Below the pieces are notes generated by a model. That model saw only the letters and a list, made by a program, of their open reading frames with translations, did no database searches and was not told where the DNA came from. The translations under genes were made by a program, and so were the position numbers. Below, piece by piece: positions 22,801 to 32,119 of a stretch of DNA of 64,000 nt; positions within the stretch are counted from its first letter, which is position 1; every line of letters begins with the position of its first letter. Source of the stretch: an uncultured delta proteobacterium (GTDB taxonomy: Bacteria; Desulfobacterota; Binatia; Binatales; Binataceae). The stretch covers positions 512,001 to 576,000 of the forward strand of contig CAVRVY010000004.1 in assembly GCA_963724765.1 (NCBI GenBank), written 5' to 3'.

Positions 22801-23149
22801 CGTCCATCATCAGCCGCAGCGCCGGATCGACGATCGCGCGCGCTTCCTCGGGATCGAGCCCTTCCATCAGGTCCATCGAGCCTTTGATGTCGGCGAAAAG
22901 CGCGGTGACGGTCTTGCGCTCCCCCTCGGGCGGCGTATCGTTATCGGCCGGCGGCGCGGCTGTGCGCGAATCAGAAATGGGGCCGGCGGACGGGGCGGCG
23001 CCGAGCGGCGCCGCGCACTGTCCACAGAATTTGAATTGCGGGGGATTTTCGGCGCGGCACTTCGCGCAGATACTAACTATTGGCGCGGCGCAGTTGCCGC
23101 AGAATTTCATTCCCGCGGGATTGTCCAGGCCGCATCGCGAGCAGATCAT
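19814..23149 (-). CDS. Double-zinc-ribbon + class III nucleotide cyclase + STAND-type NTPase + TPR-like protein
   Basis: Four CxxC pairs, [21 protein letters not shown] Walker A, FEDLHW Walker B, EGNPFF, FKHAL, C-terminal [11 protein letters not shown]. Confidence 0.92.
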   Translation of the reverse strand: MICSRCGLDNPAGMKFCGNCAAPIVSICAKCRAENPPQFKFCGQCAAPLGAAPSAGPISDSRTAAPPADNDTPPEGERKTVTALFADIKGSMDLMEGLDPEEARAIVDPALRLMMDAAHCYGGHVVQSTGDGVFALFGAPIAHEDHPQRALYAALRMQQEMRRYADRLRVEGRAPLQVRVGVNTGEVVVRSIQTGEHAEYTPIGHSTGIAARMQVLAPIGSIAVTETTERLCAGYFAFRLLGPARVKGASEPINVYEVTGLGPLRTRLEAAARRGLTRFVGREHELAQMRRALELVRAGHGQVVAAMGDAGVGKSRLAYEFKAVAAGDCLILEAYSVSHGKASAYLPVIEMLHGYFGIDSADDGRKRREKVIGKLLALDQSLEDVLPHLFVLLGIHEGEDPFAQMDVQTRRRRTQETLKRIVLRESLNQPLIVVFEDLHWVDGETQSWLNLLADSLANARVLLLVNYRPEYRHEWGNRTYYTQLRLDPLAGESVEQLLSALLGDSAGLAALRRMIAERTEGNPFFIEEMVQALFDDGTLARNGALKLTRALAEIKVPATVQGIVASRIDRLPADEKELLQTLAVIGREFPRGLITRMVRKSDSELDRMLSALQLAEFIYEQPALPEAEYIFKHALTLEVAYKTLLLERRRQLHESAAAAIEALYPKRLDDHLSDLAHHYGQSGNARSAVKYRHLAGQQAAGRMAYDEAIGHFTAALELLGSLPDNLERDRQELALRADLGPYLIATKGPAAEEVAMVFTRARNLCEKLGEQVQLFWVAYALQFFHMLRLELRAARELGERQIELAERSQNSAMRMAAYSAMAETLSDLGEFGAARDLASKGIALDYVPTTFAFFEIGEPRTMLLAHSSRDLFILGYPAQALARSREALSEARKSGPHSLAFALNLAAELHRYLGDERTAHESTEALASLASERGFLLWSAQAVFLRGQALVAEGEVEEGIVKLRRGAASVEMTGAVAGAWKLSLAEAYAKLGRLEEGSAAIAEEMELMEKTGLRFLEAELYRVKGELVLLQAPSKVSTAESAFRQAVASARRQGARSWELRATLSLARLLKAQGKRDEARAMLGEIYGWFTEGFDTADLKTARELLDDLGD

Positions 23150-23195
23150 CGTCGGTCATCGTCGTGGAATTTCGAGCTGCCGCACAAATGCATAA

Positions 23196-23204
23196 AGTAT
23201 ATCA
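23196..23204 (-). promoter_or_regulatory. Candidate extended -10 promoter of the cyclase gene
   Basis: Minus strand reads TGaTATACT about 45 nt upstream of ATG 23149; no good -35. Confidence 0.4.
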
Positions 23205-23324
23205 CGCCGGCGCAATAGCAGGATAATGACGCTCGGCGCGCGGGTTACTGGCTCCGCTACAATGCGCATGGTACTGAAGTAAGGCGATGCATCCGAACCG
23301 CAGAGCGCAGCGCGCGTTTTTGTA

Positions 23325-25049
23325 ATGCCTTCGACACGACAGGAGGAGTTCCTCAGCCTTCCGTTCAAGGCCAAGCTCGAGTTTCTCTACGGGCTGCCCG
23401 CGCGCCAGAAACGCGACCTGATCCTGTCGGCGCCCGAAGCCGAGCGCCTGGTCCAATCCTTCTCGCCCGAGACGCTCTTCTACACGGTCAAGGAAATCGG
23501 CTCGGCCGACTCGGGCGATTTGCTGAGCCTGGCGGTGCCCGAACAAATCCAGGGGCTATTCGATCTCGATTGCTGGACCCGCGACCGTCCCAACCTGGAT
23601 CGGATGCGCGAGTGGATCGAGGCGCTGACCGAGGCCGGGCGCAAGCGCATGACCGAGGGGCTGATGGGGCTCGACATGGAGATGATGGCGCTGCTTTTGC
23701 GCCAGTATTTCCGGGTCCATCGGCTCGACGATCCGCTGACTGCGGCCGACGTGCCCTCCGACCGCTTCGTGCAATTCGACGAGCACTACATCATCGAGTT
23801 CCAGCATCACGACGCGATCCTGCAGCCGCTGGTCGATTTTCTCGAGGAGGTCTTCGAGCGCGACTACACCTACTTCACCGCCCTGATGGAGGAAATCTAC
23901 TGGAGCGTGGAAGCCGAGCTGGAGGAAGAGGCCTACCAGTTCCGCCGGGCGCGGCTGAACGACCGCGGCTTCCCCGATTTCTTCGAGGCGCAGGACGTCT
24001 TCGCCTATATCAATCCGCGCGACTTCCTGAAAATTCGCGCCGGCTACACCGCGCCGACGCGCGCCGACCTGCTGCGCGACGATGAACTGGTCCCGCACGG
24101 GATGGCGCCGGTGCCGGCCGACACCGATCTCTCGCTGTTCAACACCGCCCTGATGGCCGGGTTCGCCGCGCAAGGCCGGCGCCAGTTGCGCAGTGAGATG
24201 GCGCTGGTGAGTAACCAGGTGCTAGTCGCGAGCGCGGTCGACTTTGGCGACCTCGACGCGGTGCGGGTGGCGGTCGAGATGACCCATCATTATTTGAATC
24301 TGGGACTGGAGCACCTGGCCGGCGGCGACCTCAACAACGCGATCGAACATCTGCGCGACACGCATCTCAAGTTGCTGTTCCGGCTTGGCGTGAGCCTGAC
24401 GATCGATCTGCGCAAGCGCGCTGAGCAGGCAACCGCTGCGCTCGGCTTGGATCCCGCGCGCGCGCGCGAAATTGCCTACCTCGATTCGCCCTATCGCGAG
24501 GCGCTCAGCGGCTTCCTCGAGCGCCGCCCGCGTTTCTTCGGCGGCCTCGACGGGCAGGGCTCGGTGGCGATGCGCGATTTCGTCGCGATGCGCGATCTGC
24601 ACCTGGGCCATGCGGCGCTCGATCAGATTGAAGCGATGCGCGATCTGTTCCAGGCGCTGCTGGCGATCAATATCGCCGCGCCGGCCTTCCGCGCCGAGAC
24701 GGCCGGGCGCGAAATCAGGCTCGGCCAAATTCTGATCACGGCATTCGCACGCGCCGCGCTGGATCGCAAGCCCGATCAAAGGCTCACGCCCGCCCCGATC
24801 GAAGCGAGCCGCCTGGGCGAACTTTACATGGCGATAATGACCGGGGGCGGGCGGCCTGCGCGGCTGACCGAGGGCTTCCGCAGACTGGTCGACGCGGCGT
24901 TGGCGGCGCGGGTGGACGAACCGGCGCGCGCGCGTTCGGAGGGCTTCGTCGCTTCATGCCTCAGCGTGCTTGAAGAGGACCTCGCCGGACTCGACCCCCG
25001 GGCGATCGATCCACGCTTCCTGCGCAGTCTGCTGATTCGTCGCGGATGA
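23325..25049 (+). CDS. Conserved hypothetical protein, DUF6178-like
   Basis: 574 aa helical ORF with DLDCW and ELEEEAYQFRRARLNDRGFPD motifs recalled from DUF6178. Confidence 0.65.
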   Translation: MPSTRQEEFLSLPFKAKLEFLYGLPARQKRDLILSAPEAERLVQSFSPETLFYTVKEIGSADSGDLLSLAVPEQIQGLFDLDCWTRDRPNLDRMREWIEALTEAGRKRMTEGLMGLDMEMMALLLRQYFRVHRLDDPLTAADVPSDRFVQFDEHYIIEFQHHDAILQPLVDFLEEVFERDYTYFTALMEEIYWSVEAELEEEAYQFRRARLNDRGFPDFFEAQDVFAYINPRDFLKIRAGYTAPTRADLLRDDELVPHGMAPVPADTDLSLFNTALMAGFAAQGRRQLRSEMALVSNQVLVASAVDFGDLDAVRVAVEMTHHYLNLGLEHLAGGDLNNAIEHLRDTHLKLLFRLGVSLTIDLRKRAEQATAALGLDPARAREIAYLDSPYREALSGFLERRPRFFGGLDGQGSVAMRDFVAMRDLHLGHAALDQIEAMRDLFQALLAINIAAPAFRAETAGREIRLGQILITAFARAALDRKPDQRLTPAPIEASRLGELYMAIMTGGGRPARLTEGFRRLVDAALAARVDEPARARSEGFVASCLSVLEEDLAGLDPRAIDPRFLRSLLIRRG

Positions 25050-25076
25050 TCGGGCTCGGCTGATCGGCCGAACGCT

Positions 25077-25907
25077 CTAGTGGCTGCCGCGCCCGGCGCT
25101 TTCGCGCTCGATCGTGATCGTGCGCGTCTGCTGTCCGCGCGTCACGCTGAAGCTTACGTAAGGATCGCGAAATCCCACCAGCGCGATCACGAATTCCGAG
25201 CTGCTATGCACGGGATGCTGGTCCACGGCGGTGACGATATCGCCGCGCCTCAGTCCGGCCCGCGCGGCAAGGCCTGAGACGTCCGCCACCAGCACCCCGC
25301 TTCGCGGCGCCACCGCGAAGTGTCTGGCCAGCGAGGGGCTCAAGTCCTGCACCACGATGTCCTGGGCGGTGACGGTGGCGGGCAGATTTTTAGTCGCGGG
25401 CGCATCGCGCTGGAACGCGGTGGCGGACTGAAAGAGACCGTTAGCCACGAAGATCGGCGCCCCCATCCCCATCGCCAGCGCGATCGCGTCGCTCGGCCGA
25501 CTGTCCAGGCGCAGGCCCGCGCGATCGAGATAGATATCGGCGTAGTAGATTTGATTGTGGACGCTGGTAATGACCACGCGGTCGACGTGATTGCCGGTCT
25601 GCTCGATCAGGTCGCGCAGCAGATCGTGAGTCAGCGGACGGTCGGGCCTGATTCCGTGCATCTCGAGCATGATCGTGCGCGCCTCTTCGTCGCCGATCAG
25701 AATCTGCAACGCGCGCCGGCGCGCGGCATCCTCGAGCAGCACGTAATGCGCGCCGCTGTCGTTGTCCAGACCGACATTGGCGACCTCGACCCGCACCTGG
25801 TCGGCCGACGGACCGTCATCGTCGTCGTGCCGCGCGCATCCGGAACCTAAGACCAGCATCGCGGCCAGCGCGGCGGCGGCAAAGAACGCTCTGTGGCGAT
25901 GCCACAT
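25077..25907 (-). CDS. Putative lipoprotein: bifunctional nuclease (DUF151) domain + PDZ domain
   Basis: Lipobox-like LGSGC; IGDEEA, RPLTHDL, DSRPSDAIALA; PDZ-like GVLVADV..AARAGLRRGDIVTAVD. Confidence 0.82.
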   Translation of the reverse strand: MWHRHRAFFAAAALAAMLVLGSGCARHDDDDGPSADQVRVEVANVGLDNDSGAHYVLLEDAARRRALQILIGDEEARTIMLEMHGIRPDRPLTHDLLRDLIEQTGNHVDRVVITSVHNQIYYADIYLDRAGLRLDSRPSDAIALAMGMGAPIFVANGLFQSATAFQRDAPATKNLPATVTAQDIVVQDLSPSLARHFAVAPRSGVLVADVSGLAARAGLRRGDIVTAVDQHPVHSSSEFVIALVGFRDPYVSFSVTRGQQTRTITIERESAGRGSH

Positions 25908-25935
25908 GTGCCCTAGGTTAACGCGCTGCATGGCG

Positions 25936-26559
25936 CTATCCAAATGGGCCCGCTGTGCGGCTCGACGCCGCGCGAAACCCCCGCGCCACCAGGTACAATT
26001 CCGAGGAGCCGGGGCGGCTCGCGCGCGTGCGCGTGCGCTCGACCTGGGCGAAGTCGTGCGCGAAGGCCTCGACCGCCTCGCCGAAATCCCCTCCCATGAA
26101 TAGCTTCACCACCATCGCGCCGCCCGGGCGCAGCAGCGCGCGCGCGCATTCCAGCGCCGCGAGTGCAAGCTCGAGCATCCGCGCCTGATCGCGCTCGGCC
26201 ACGCCGCTTAGCTTAGGCGCTAGGTCGCTGGTCACCAGATCGGCGGGCGCGCCAAGCGCCGCCGCCACCGCGGCGACGCTCGCCGGATCAAGGATGTCGC
26301 CGACCATCGTAACCACGTTGGCGGCGGTGGCGGGGCATGCGGCCAGATCGACTCCGGCCACCCTGCCCTGCGGCCCCACCGCGGCGGCGAGCATACTGAG
26401 CCATCCGCCGGGCGCGCATCCCAGGTCCACCACGCGCGCGCCGGGACGCACGAGCCGAAAGCGCGCGAGCAGCTCTTCGATCTTGAACGCCGCGCGCGAA
26501 GGAAGTCCACGCTCGCGCGCCTTGCGATAGAATCTGTCATGCGGCTCGTATTTCGCCAT
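25936..26559 (-). CDS. rlmE: 23S rRNA 2'-O-methyltransferase RlmE/FtsJ
   Basis: SRAAFK, DLGCAPGGW, SDLAP, VVKLF, ASRPGSSELY. Confidence 0.92.
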   Translation of the reverse strand: MAKYEPHDRFYRKARERGLPSRAAFKIEELLARFRLVRPGARVVDLGCAPGGWLSMLAAAVGPQGRVAGVDLAACPATAANVVTMVGDILDPASVAAVAAALGAPADLVTSDLAPKLSGVAERDQARMLELALAALECARALLRPGGAMVVKLFMGGDFGEAVEAFAHDFAQVERTRTRASRPGSSELYLVARGFRAASSRTAGPFG

Positions 26560-26804
26560 CGATTGCAAGCTTAGCAGAGATTGCTGCGGGTCATTTCGAG
26601 CATGGCCGGCTGAGCGGAAAATTCGTTCCGCACCAATTCGACCGCAGGGGCTCCGAATCAGGCGCGGCGCGCGCGAATGTTGTAAGGTAATCCACAGCTT
26701 CCAACGCCTCGCGATGCGCGCGGGGTTTGAAGCGCCGCGCGAAGCAGCTATTTTCATCCGGGCGCGAGCGTATGGTTTTGCCGCCGCGACTCCGTTCCTT
26801 CAAC

Positions 26805-26840
26805 GATGCCGCCGAAGATGCCGCCAAAGATGCCGCTCAG
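26805..26840 (+). repeat. 12-bp tandem repeat x3
   Basis: GATGCCGCCGAA GATGCCGCCAAA GATGCCGCTCAG. Confidence 0.7.
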
Positions 26841-26882
26841 ATCAAGCATGCCGTCAAAAATTCCGCCAACCGTTTCGAACCG

Positions 26883-29066
26883 ATGCTGAATCTCGACGAT
26901 CTCAATCCCGCCCAGCGCGACGCCGTGCTCGCGCCCGAAGGGCCAATCCTCATCCTGGCCGGCGCCGGCTCGGGCAAAACCCGCGTGCTGACCTACCGTA
27001 TCGCCCACCTGCTCGCCGAACGCAAGGCGGCGCCCGAGCGGATGCTGGCCGTGACTTTCACCAACAAGGCGGCGGGCGAGATGCGCGATCGAATCGCAGC
27101 GCTGGTGGGCGAGGATTCGCGCTGGCCGTGGGTCAGCACGTTTCATTCGGCCTGCGCGCGCATCCTGCGCCAGGAGGCCGAGGCGCTCGGCTTTCGGCCG
27201 AACTTTTCGATCCTCGATGAAGGCGACGCGATGACGGTGATGCGCCGCGTGATCGAAGAGGCGGCGCTGGCGGGTGCGCCGGCGCCCGAGATGGCGCGGG
27301 CGCGAATCGAGCAGCTCAAAAACGACGCCGTCGGCCCCGCCGCTTTCGCCGAAAGCGCCGGCGGCGACAGCCGTGACGCAGCGCTGGCCACGATTTACCG
27401 GCTCTACCGCGAACGGCTGCGCGCGATGAACGCGATGGACTTCAGCGACCTGCTGCTCAACGTGCACGAAATCTTCGAGCGCGACCCGGGCGTGCTGTTG
27501 CGATGGCAGTCGCGCGCGGAGCATCTGCTGGTCGACGAATACCAGGACACTAACCGCGTGCAGTACCTGCTGGTGCGCGCACTTTCGGCGCGCAGCTCTA
27601 ACTTGTGCGTGGTCGGCGATGAGGACCAGTCGATCTACCGATGGCGCGGCGCCGACATCCGCAACATCCTGGACTTCGAGCGCGACTTTCCCCAGGCGCG
27701 CATTTTCAAGCTCGAGCAGAACTACCGCTCCACCAAGACCATCCTGGCCGCCGCCGACACCGTTATCCGCAACAACCGCGAGCGCAAGGAAAAGCGCCTG
27801 TGGACGGAAAACGCGTCGGGCGAGCTGGTCACCTATTTCACCGGCGTGACCGAGCGCGACGAGGCCGACTTCATCGCGCGCGAGATCGGGCGGCTAACCG
27901 CCGAGGGCGGCGCCGACCCGTCCGACATCGTGGTCTTCTATCGGGTCAACGCACAGGCGCGCGTGATCGAGGAGGCGCTGGTGCGCCGGCGCATCCCGTA
28001 CTACGTGGTCGGCGGACTGCGCTTCTATGAGCATCGCGAGGTCAAGGACCTGCTCGCCTATCTGCGTGTGCTGGCCAACCCGGCCGACGCGGTCAGCGTC
28101 GAGCGGATGGTGGGAGCGCCGACGCGCGGCATAGGCGCCAAAACCCTGGAGGCGGCGTCGCAAATCGCCGCTGAGGAAGGCGTGACGGCCTTCGAGGCGC
28201 TGGGCCGCCTGGAGACAAACTCGCGCGTCGCGCTGCGCTCGGCCAAGCAGGCGGGCGAGCTTTACGGCTGGATGCATGACCTGGCCGATCGCGCGTCGGC
28301 GATGAAGGTGCGCGCGATCCTGGACGAAGTGATCGCGCGCGCGGGCTTCCTCAATTATCTCGACGCCATGGCCGACGGCGCGATGCGCCGTCAGAACGTG
28401 GCCGAGATGCTCTCGGCGGCCGACGCCTTCGACGCCGAGGCCCAAAACGGTGGCCTCGCCGATTTCCTCGAGCGCGTGGCCCTGGTCAGCGACGCCGATC
28501 AGGTCGCCGGCCGCGGCGGACGTGCCGCGCTGATGACGCTGCATACCTCCAAGGGCCTGGAGTATCCGGTGGTGTTCATCGCGGGAATGGAGGAAGAATT
28601 GTTTCCGCATTTTCGCTCGCACGACGACGGGCGCGAGGTCGAGGAGGAGCGCCGGCTGTGTTACGTCGGGATGACGCGGGCGCGGCGGCTCTTGTACCTG
28701 ACCAATACGCTGACGCGCGAACTCTACGGCCAGCGCAACGAGTCGCGGCCCTCGCGTTTCCTGGGCGAGATCGATCCCGCTCTGATCACGCGCATCGCGC
28801 CCGAGAAGCCGGGCTCGGTGCTCCGGCCTCCTGCTCGCGGCGCCTACGTCGACTACAGCACGAGCCAGGTCTCCGAAGACGGCGACGGAGGCGACGGCGA
28901 CAATCTCGCGGTCGGCGCGCACGTCGTGCATCAGACCTTTGGCCGCGGCGTGGTGCGCCGGCGCGAGGGGCGCGGCGAGGGCGCCAAGGCGTGGGTGCAT
29001 TTCGAGCGCAGCGGGGTGAAGCTGCTGGTGTTGAAATTCGCCAATTTGAGGCCGGTTGCCGACTGA
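26883..29066 (+). CDS. pcrA: UvrD/PcrA ATP-dependent DNA helicase
   Basis: LNPAQ, AGAGSGKT, TFTNKAA, VDEYQDTN, QSIYRWRGA, QNYRS, HTSKGLEY, EERRLCYVGMTRA, C-terminal Tudor-like domain. Confidence 0.95.
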   Translation: MLNLDDLNPAQRDAVLAPEGPILILAGAGSGKTRVLTYRIAHLLAERKAAPERMLAVTFTNKAAGEMRDRIAALVGEDSRWPWVSTFHSACARILRQEAEALGFRPNFSILDEGDAMTVMRRVIEEAALAGAPAPEMARARIEQLKNDAVGPAAFAESAGGDSRDAALATIYRLYRERLRAMNAMDFSDLLLNVHEIFERDPGVLLRWQSRAEHLLVDEYQDTNRVQYLLVRALSARSSNLCVVGDEDQSIYRWRGADIRNILDFERDFPQARIFKLEQNYRSTKTILAAADTVIRNNRERKEKRLWTENASGELVTYFTGVTERDEADFIAREIGRLTAEGGADPSDIVVFYRVNAQARVIEEALVRRRIPYYVVGGLRFYEHREVKDLLAYLRVLANPADAVSVERMVGAPTRGIGAKTLEAASQIAAEEGVTAFEALGRLETNSRVALRSAKQAGELYGWMHDLADRASAMKVRAILDEVIARAGFLNYLDAMADGAMRRQNVAEMLSAADAFDAEAQNGGLADFLERVALVSDADQVAGRGGRAALMTLHTSKGLEYPVVFIAGMEEELFPHFRSHDDGREVEEERRLCYVGMTRARRLLYLTNTLTRELYGQRNESRPSRFLGEIDPALITRIAPEKPGSVLRPPARGAYVDYSTSQVSEDGDGGDGDNLAVGAHVVHQTFGRGVVRRREGRGEGAKAWVHFERSGVKLLVLKFANLRPVAD

Positions 29067-29142
29067 TTGGCGTTGCCCTATCATTTTCGAGGTGTCGTGG
29101 GATGAGGCGGATGGCGTGCGTCACAGACGCCGGGGCGTAACA

Positions 29143-30708
29143 ATGCATCACAAAAGATCGCGGTTGTGCTCGCGGATTAGCGGCGGATGCGCGGCGGCGG
29201 TCGTGTTGGCGGCGATCGCGATCTTCGCGGCGCCCCGGCTGGCCCATAGTTGGAGTGAAAGCGATTTCGAGAACCGGCCGCTGGTCGCCTACCCAATTCC
29301 CAGTGGGCGCGACGATCTGATCGGTTCGCTGCAAACCTACACCATTCGCAAGGGTGACACGCTGCTCGACGTCGCGCGATGGTACGGGCTCAGCCCCACC
29401 GAAGTTTCCAACGCCAACAATCACATGGATTGGTGGTCGCCGCCGGTGGGCAAGCTGATCGTCATCCCGACCGAGCACATCCTGCCTGCCGCGCCGCACG
29501 CCGGGATCGTGATGAACATTCCCGAGATGCGCCTATACTATTATTATCCCACGCCGGTCGGTGGCCGGCGGCGACTCGGCAAGGCTAAATTCACGCACAC
29601 CGCCTATGCTGATACTCGCCATCCGAAAGCCCACGGCGCAAAGACGCATGCCAGCGCCGGTGCGCATCCGACGGTCATCTATACTTTTCCGGTCGGACTC
29701 GGCCGCTACGATTGGCGAACCCCGACCGGAGTCTGGACCATCCGCGACAAGACCCACAATCCGACCTGGGTGGTGCCCGATGACATCTATCAGGAGCATC
29801 TCGAGCGCGACGGCGAGGCCGAACACGTGGTCGATGGCGGCGATCCCGACAATCCGCTCGGCCACTATCGTCTCGCGCTGACATTGCCGATGTACGCGCT
29901 GCATGGGACCAACGTGCCATGGGGTGTCGGGATGGAAGTCAGCCACGGATGCGTGCGGCTTTATCCCGAGGACATCGACCGCCTATATCATCACACGAGC
30001 GTCGGCACGCCGGGACGCTTCGTGTACCAGCCAATCAAGTACGGATGGCGCGGCGGTTGGCTCTACGTCGAGGTCCACGAGGATCTCTACGGCGTGTACC
30101 CGGGGCTGTGGCGCCACGCGTTGAACCTGGCGAAAAGTCAGGGCCTGCTTCCCCATATCGAAATGGTGAAACTTGAGAAGGCGGTGGAGGAGAAGACCGG
30201 CGTGCCAACGTACGTGATGCCGGGACCTGAGCCGGCCGAGGCGCTCCCGCCGACCACGGAAACCGCGAGCACGACGCCTTTGCCGGCGCCGGGCAGCGCG
30301 GCCTCCGCGCCCGACGCCGACAGCAGCGTCGGTGGCGGCAGCACCAGCAGCACGGATACGGGTACGGGTACTGGCATGGATAACGACAGCGATACTAACA
30401 CCGACAGCGGCAAGGCCGCCGCCGCGATTCCGCCAGCGCCTTCCGGCAACGTCATCAGGACTGCGCCCGCCGCCGCCGACGATAGCGCAGCGACCGAAGA
30501 CAGCGAAGGCGACACCGGGACCTCTAACGCCAGCGACGAGGGCGGCGCTCCCGACAGCGCGGCGAGCGCACCCGCCGCGGCCCCAGACAACAGCGCCGAC
30601 ACCGACGACAGCGCTGGCCGCAATGCGACGAGCGGCGCCGCTGCGCCCGGCGCCGGCGACGCGTCGCAGTGGCATCGTCTGCCGCCCGGCGCGATGCCGG
30701 TCGAGTAG
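29143..30708 (+). CDS. L,D-transpeptidase (LysM + YkuD) with long acidic low-complexity C-terminal tail
   Basis: Signal peptide, KGDTLLDVARWY LysM, NIPEMRLY, LHGTN..VSHGCVRL. Confidence 0.92.
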   Translation: MHHKRSRLCSRISGGCAAAVVLAAIAIFAAPRLAHSWSESDFENRPLVAYPIPSGRDDLIGSLQTYTIRKGDTLLDVARWYGLSPTEVSNANNHMDWWSPPVGKLIVIPTEHILPAAPHAGIVMNIPEMRLYYYYPTPVGGRRRLGKAKFTHTAYADTRHPKAHGAKTHASAGAHPTVIYTFPVGLGRYDWRTPTGVWTIRDKTHNPTWVVPDDIYQEHLERDGEAEHVVDGGDPDNPLGHYRLALTLPMYALHGTNVPWGVGMEVSHGCVRLYPEDIDRLYHHTSVGTPGRFVYQPIKYGWRGGWLYVEVHEDLYGVYPGLWRHALNLAKSQGLLPHIEMVKLEKAVEEKTGVPTYVMPGPEPAEALPPTTETASTTPLPAPGSAASAPDADSSVGGGSTSSTDTGTGTGMDNDSDTNTDSGKAAAAIPPAPSGNVIRTAPAAADDSAATEDSEGDTGTSNASDEGGAPDSAASAPAAAPDNSADTDDSAGRNATSGAAAPGAGDASQWHRLPPGAMPVE

Positions 30709-30905
30709 CGCGTAAAGATCGACACGCAGCGCCCCGGATGTGCCGGACAGTGTTGAGTGTGTCCGACTCCGTCGATGCTGTGCGCTTACTGAAAAAACTT
30801 TCCGAAGAGGCAGGCTCGCTTCGCTCAGGATGACCCCACAGGGCCTCCGACCCTCACTACCTTGCCCGGCTTCGAAACGATCCTCTATACTCCGCACGAA
30901 ACGCG

Positions 30906-32087
30906 ATGCGACAAATCCCTTTTCATCGCCCCTCGATCGGTCCCGCGGAGGAGCGCGAGGTGCTCGACAGCCTGCGCTCGGGATGGATCACCACCGGCCC
31001 CAAGGCCAAGCGCTTCGAGAAAGAGTTCGCCGCCTACGTCGGCGCGCGCCACGCGCTGGCGGTCGCGCATTGCACGGGCGCGCTGCACCTGGCGCTGTTC
31101 GCGCTCGGCGTGGGGCCGGGTGACGAGGTTATCACCACCCCGTTTACGTTCACGGCCACGGCCGAGGTGATCGGTTACCTCGGAGCGCGGCCGGTGTTCG
31201 TCGACATCGACCCCGGCACTTTCAACCTCAACCCCGCGCGGGTCGAGGAGGCGCTCGAGAGCGGCGAGCATCGCCGCGTGCGTGCGATTTTGCCGGTGCA
31301 CTTCGCGGGGCACGCCTGCGACATGGACCGCCTGCTCGCGATCGCGCGCAGCCACAATCTGAAAATCGTCGAGGACGCGGCGCACGCGGTGGGCTCGGCG
31401 CGTCATCTCGAAGGCCGCGGGATGACACGGATCGGAGCGATCGGCGACCTTTCCTGCTTCAGCTTCTATGCGACCAAGAACATCACCAGCGCCGAGGGCG
31501 GGATGGTGACGACCGAGGACGACGCGCTGGCCGAGCGCATTGCGGTCGCGAGCCTGCACGGGATGAATCGCGACGCGTGGAAGCGCTACGACCGCAGCGG
31601 CTCGTGGTTTTACGAAATTCACGACACCGGCTTCAAGTACAACCTCTCCGACGTGCACGCCGCGATCGGCGTCGCACAGCTAGCCCGCGCCGACGAGTTC
31701 ATGCGCCGGCGCAGCGCGATCGCATGCGCCTACAGCGAGGCGCTGCGCGCCGAGCCCGCGCTCCAGGTACCGTACCAGGAGCCGGGAATCGAGCACTCCT
31801 GGCACCTCTACGTTCTGCGGATGCATCCCGAGCAGCTCCAGATAGGCCGCGCGCAGTTCGTGGAGTTGCTGCGCGAGCGCGGGATCGGCACGTCGGTGCA
31901 CTGTATCCCGCTCAACACGATGCATTTCTACCAGGAGCGCTATGGCTATCGCACCGGCGACTTTCCGATCGCCGAGGACGTGTACAGCCGATGCCTGTCG
32001 CTGCCGATCTATCCTGCGATGAGCGACGAGGACGTTGCCTACGTGATCGAGAACGTGCTGGCCCTCGCGCGCGAAAACCGCCGCTGA
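30906..32087 (+). CDS. DegT/DnrJ/EryC1/StrS (ArnB-like) PLP aminotransferase
   Basis: SGWITTGPK, EDAAHA, FSFYATKNITSAEGG, GFKYNL, WHLY, LSLPIYP. Confidence 0.93.
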   Translation: MRQIPFHRPSIGPAEEREVLDSLRSGWITTGPKAKRFEKEFAAYVGARHALAVAHCTGALHLALFALGVGPGDEVITTPFTFTATAEVIGYLGARPVFVDIDPGTFNLNPARVEEALESGEHRRVRAILPVHFAGHACDMDRLLAIARSHNLKIVEDAAHAVGSARHLEGRGMTRIGAIGDLSCFSFYATKNITSAEGGMVTTEDDALAERIAVASLHGMNRDAWKRYDRSGSWFYEIHDTGFKYNLSDVHAAIGVAQLARADEFMRRRSAIACAYSEALRAEPALQVPYQEPGIEHSWHLYVLRMHPEQLQIGRAQFVELLRERGIGTSVHCIPLNTMHFYQERYGYRTGDFPIAEDVYSRCLSLPIYPAMSDEDVAYVIENVLALARENRR

Positions 32088-32119
32088 GCCTGCGCACGTA
32101 AGACCAGTGCTACTTAGAC

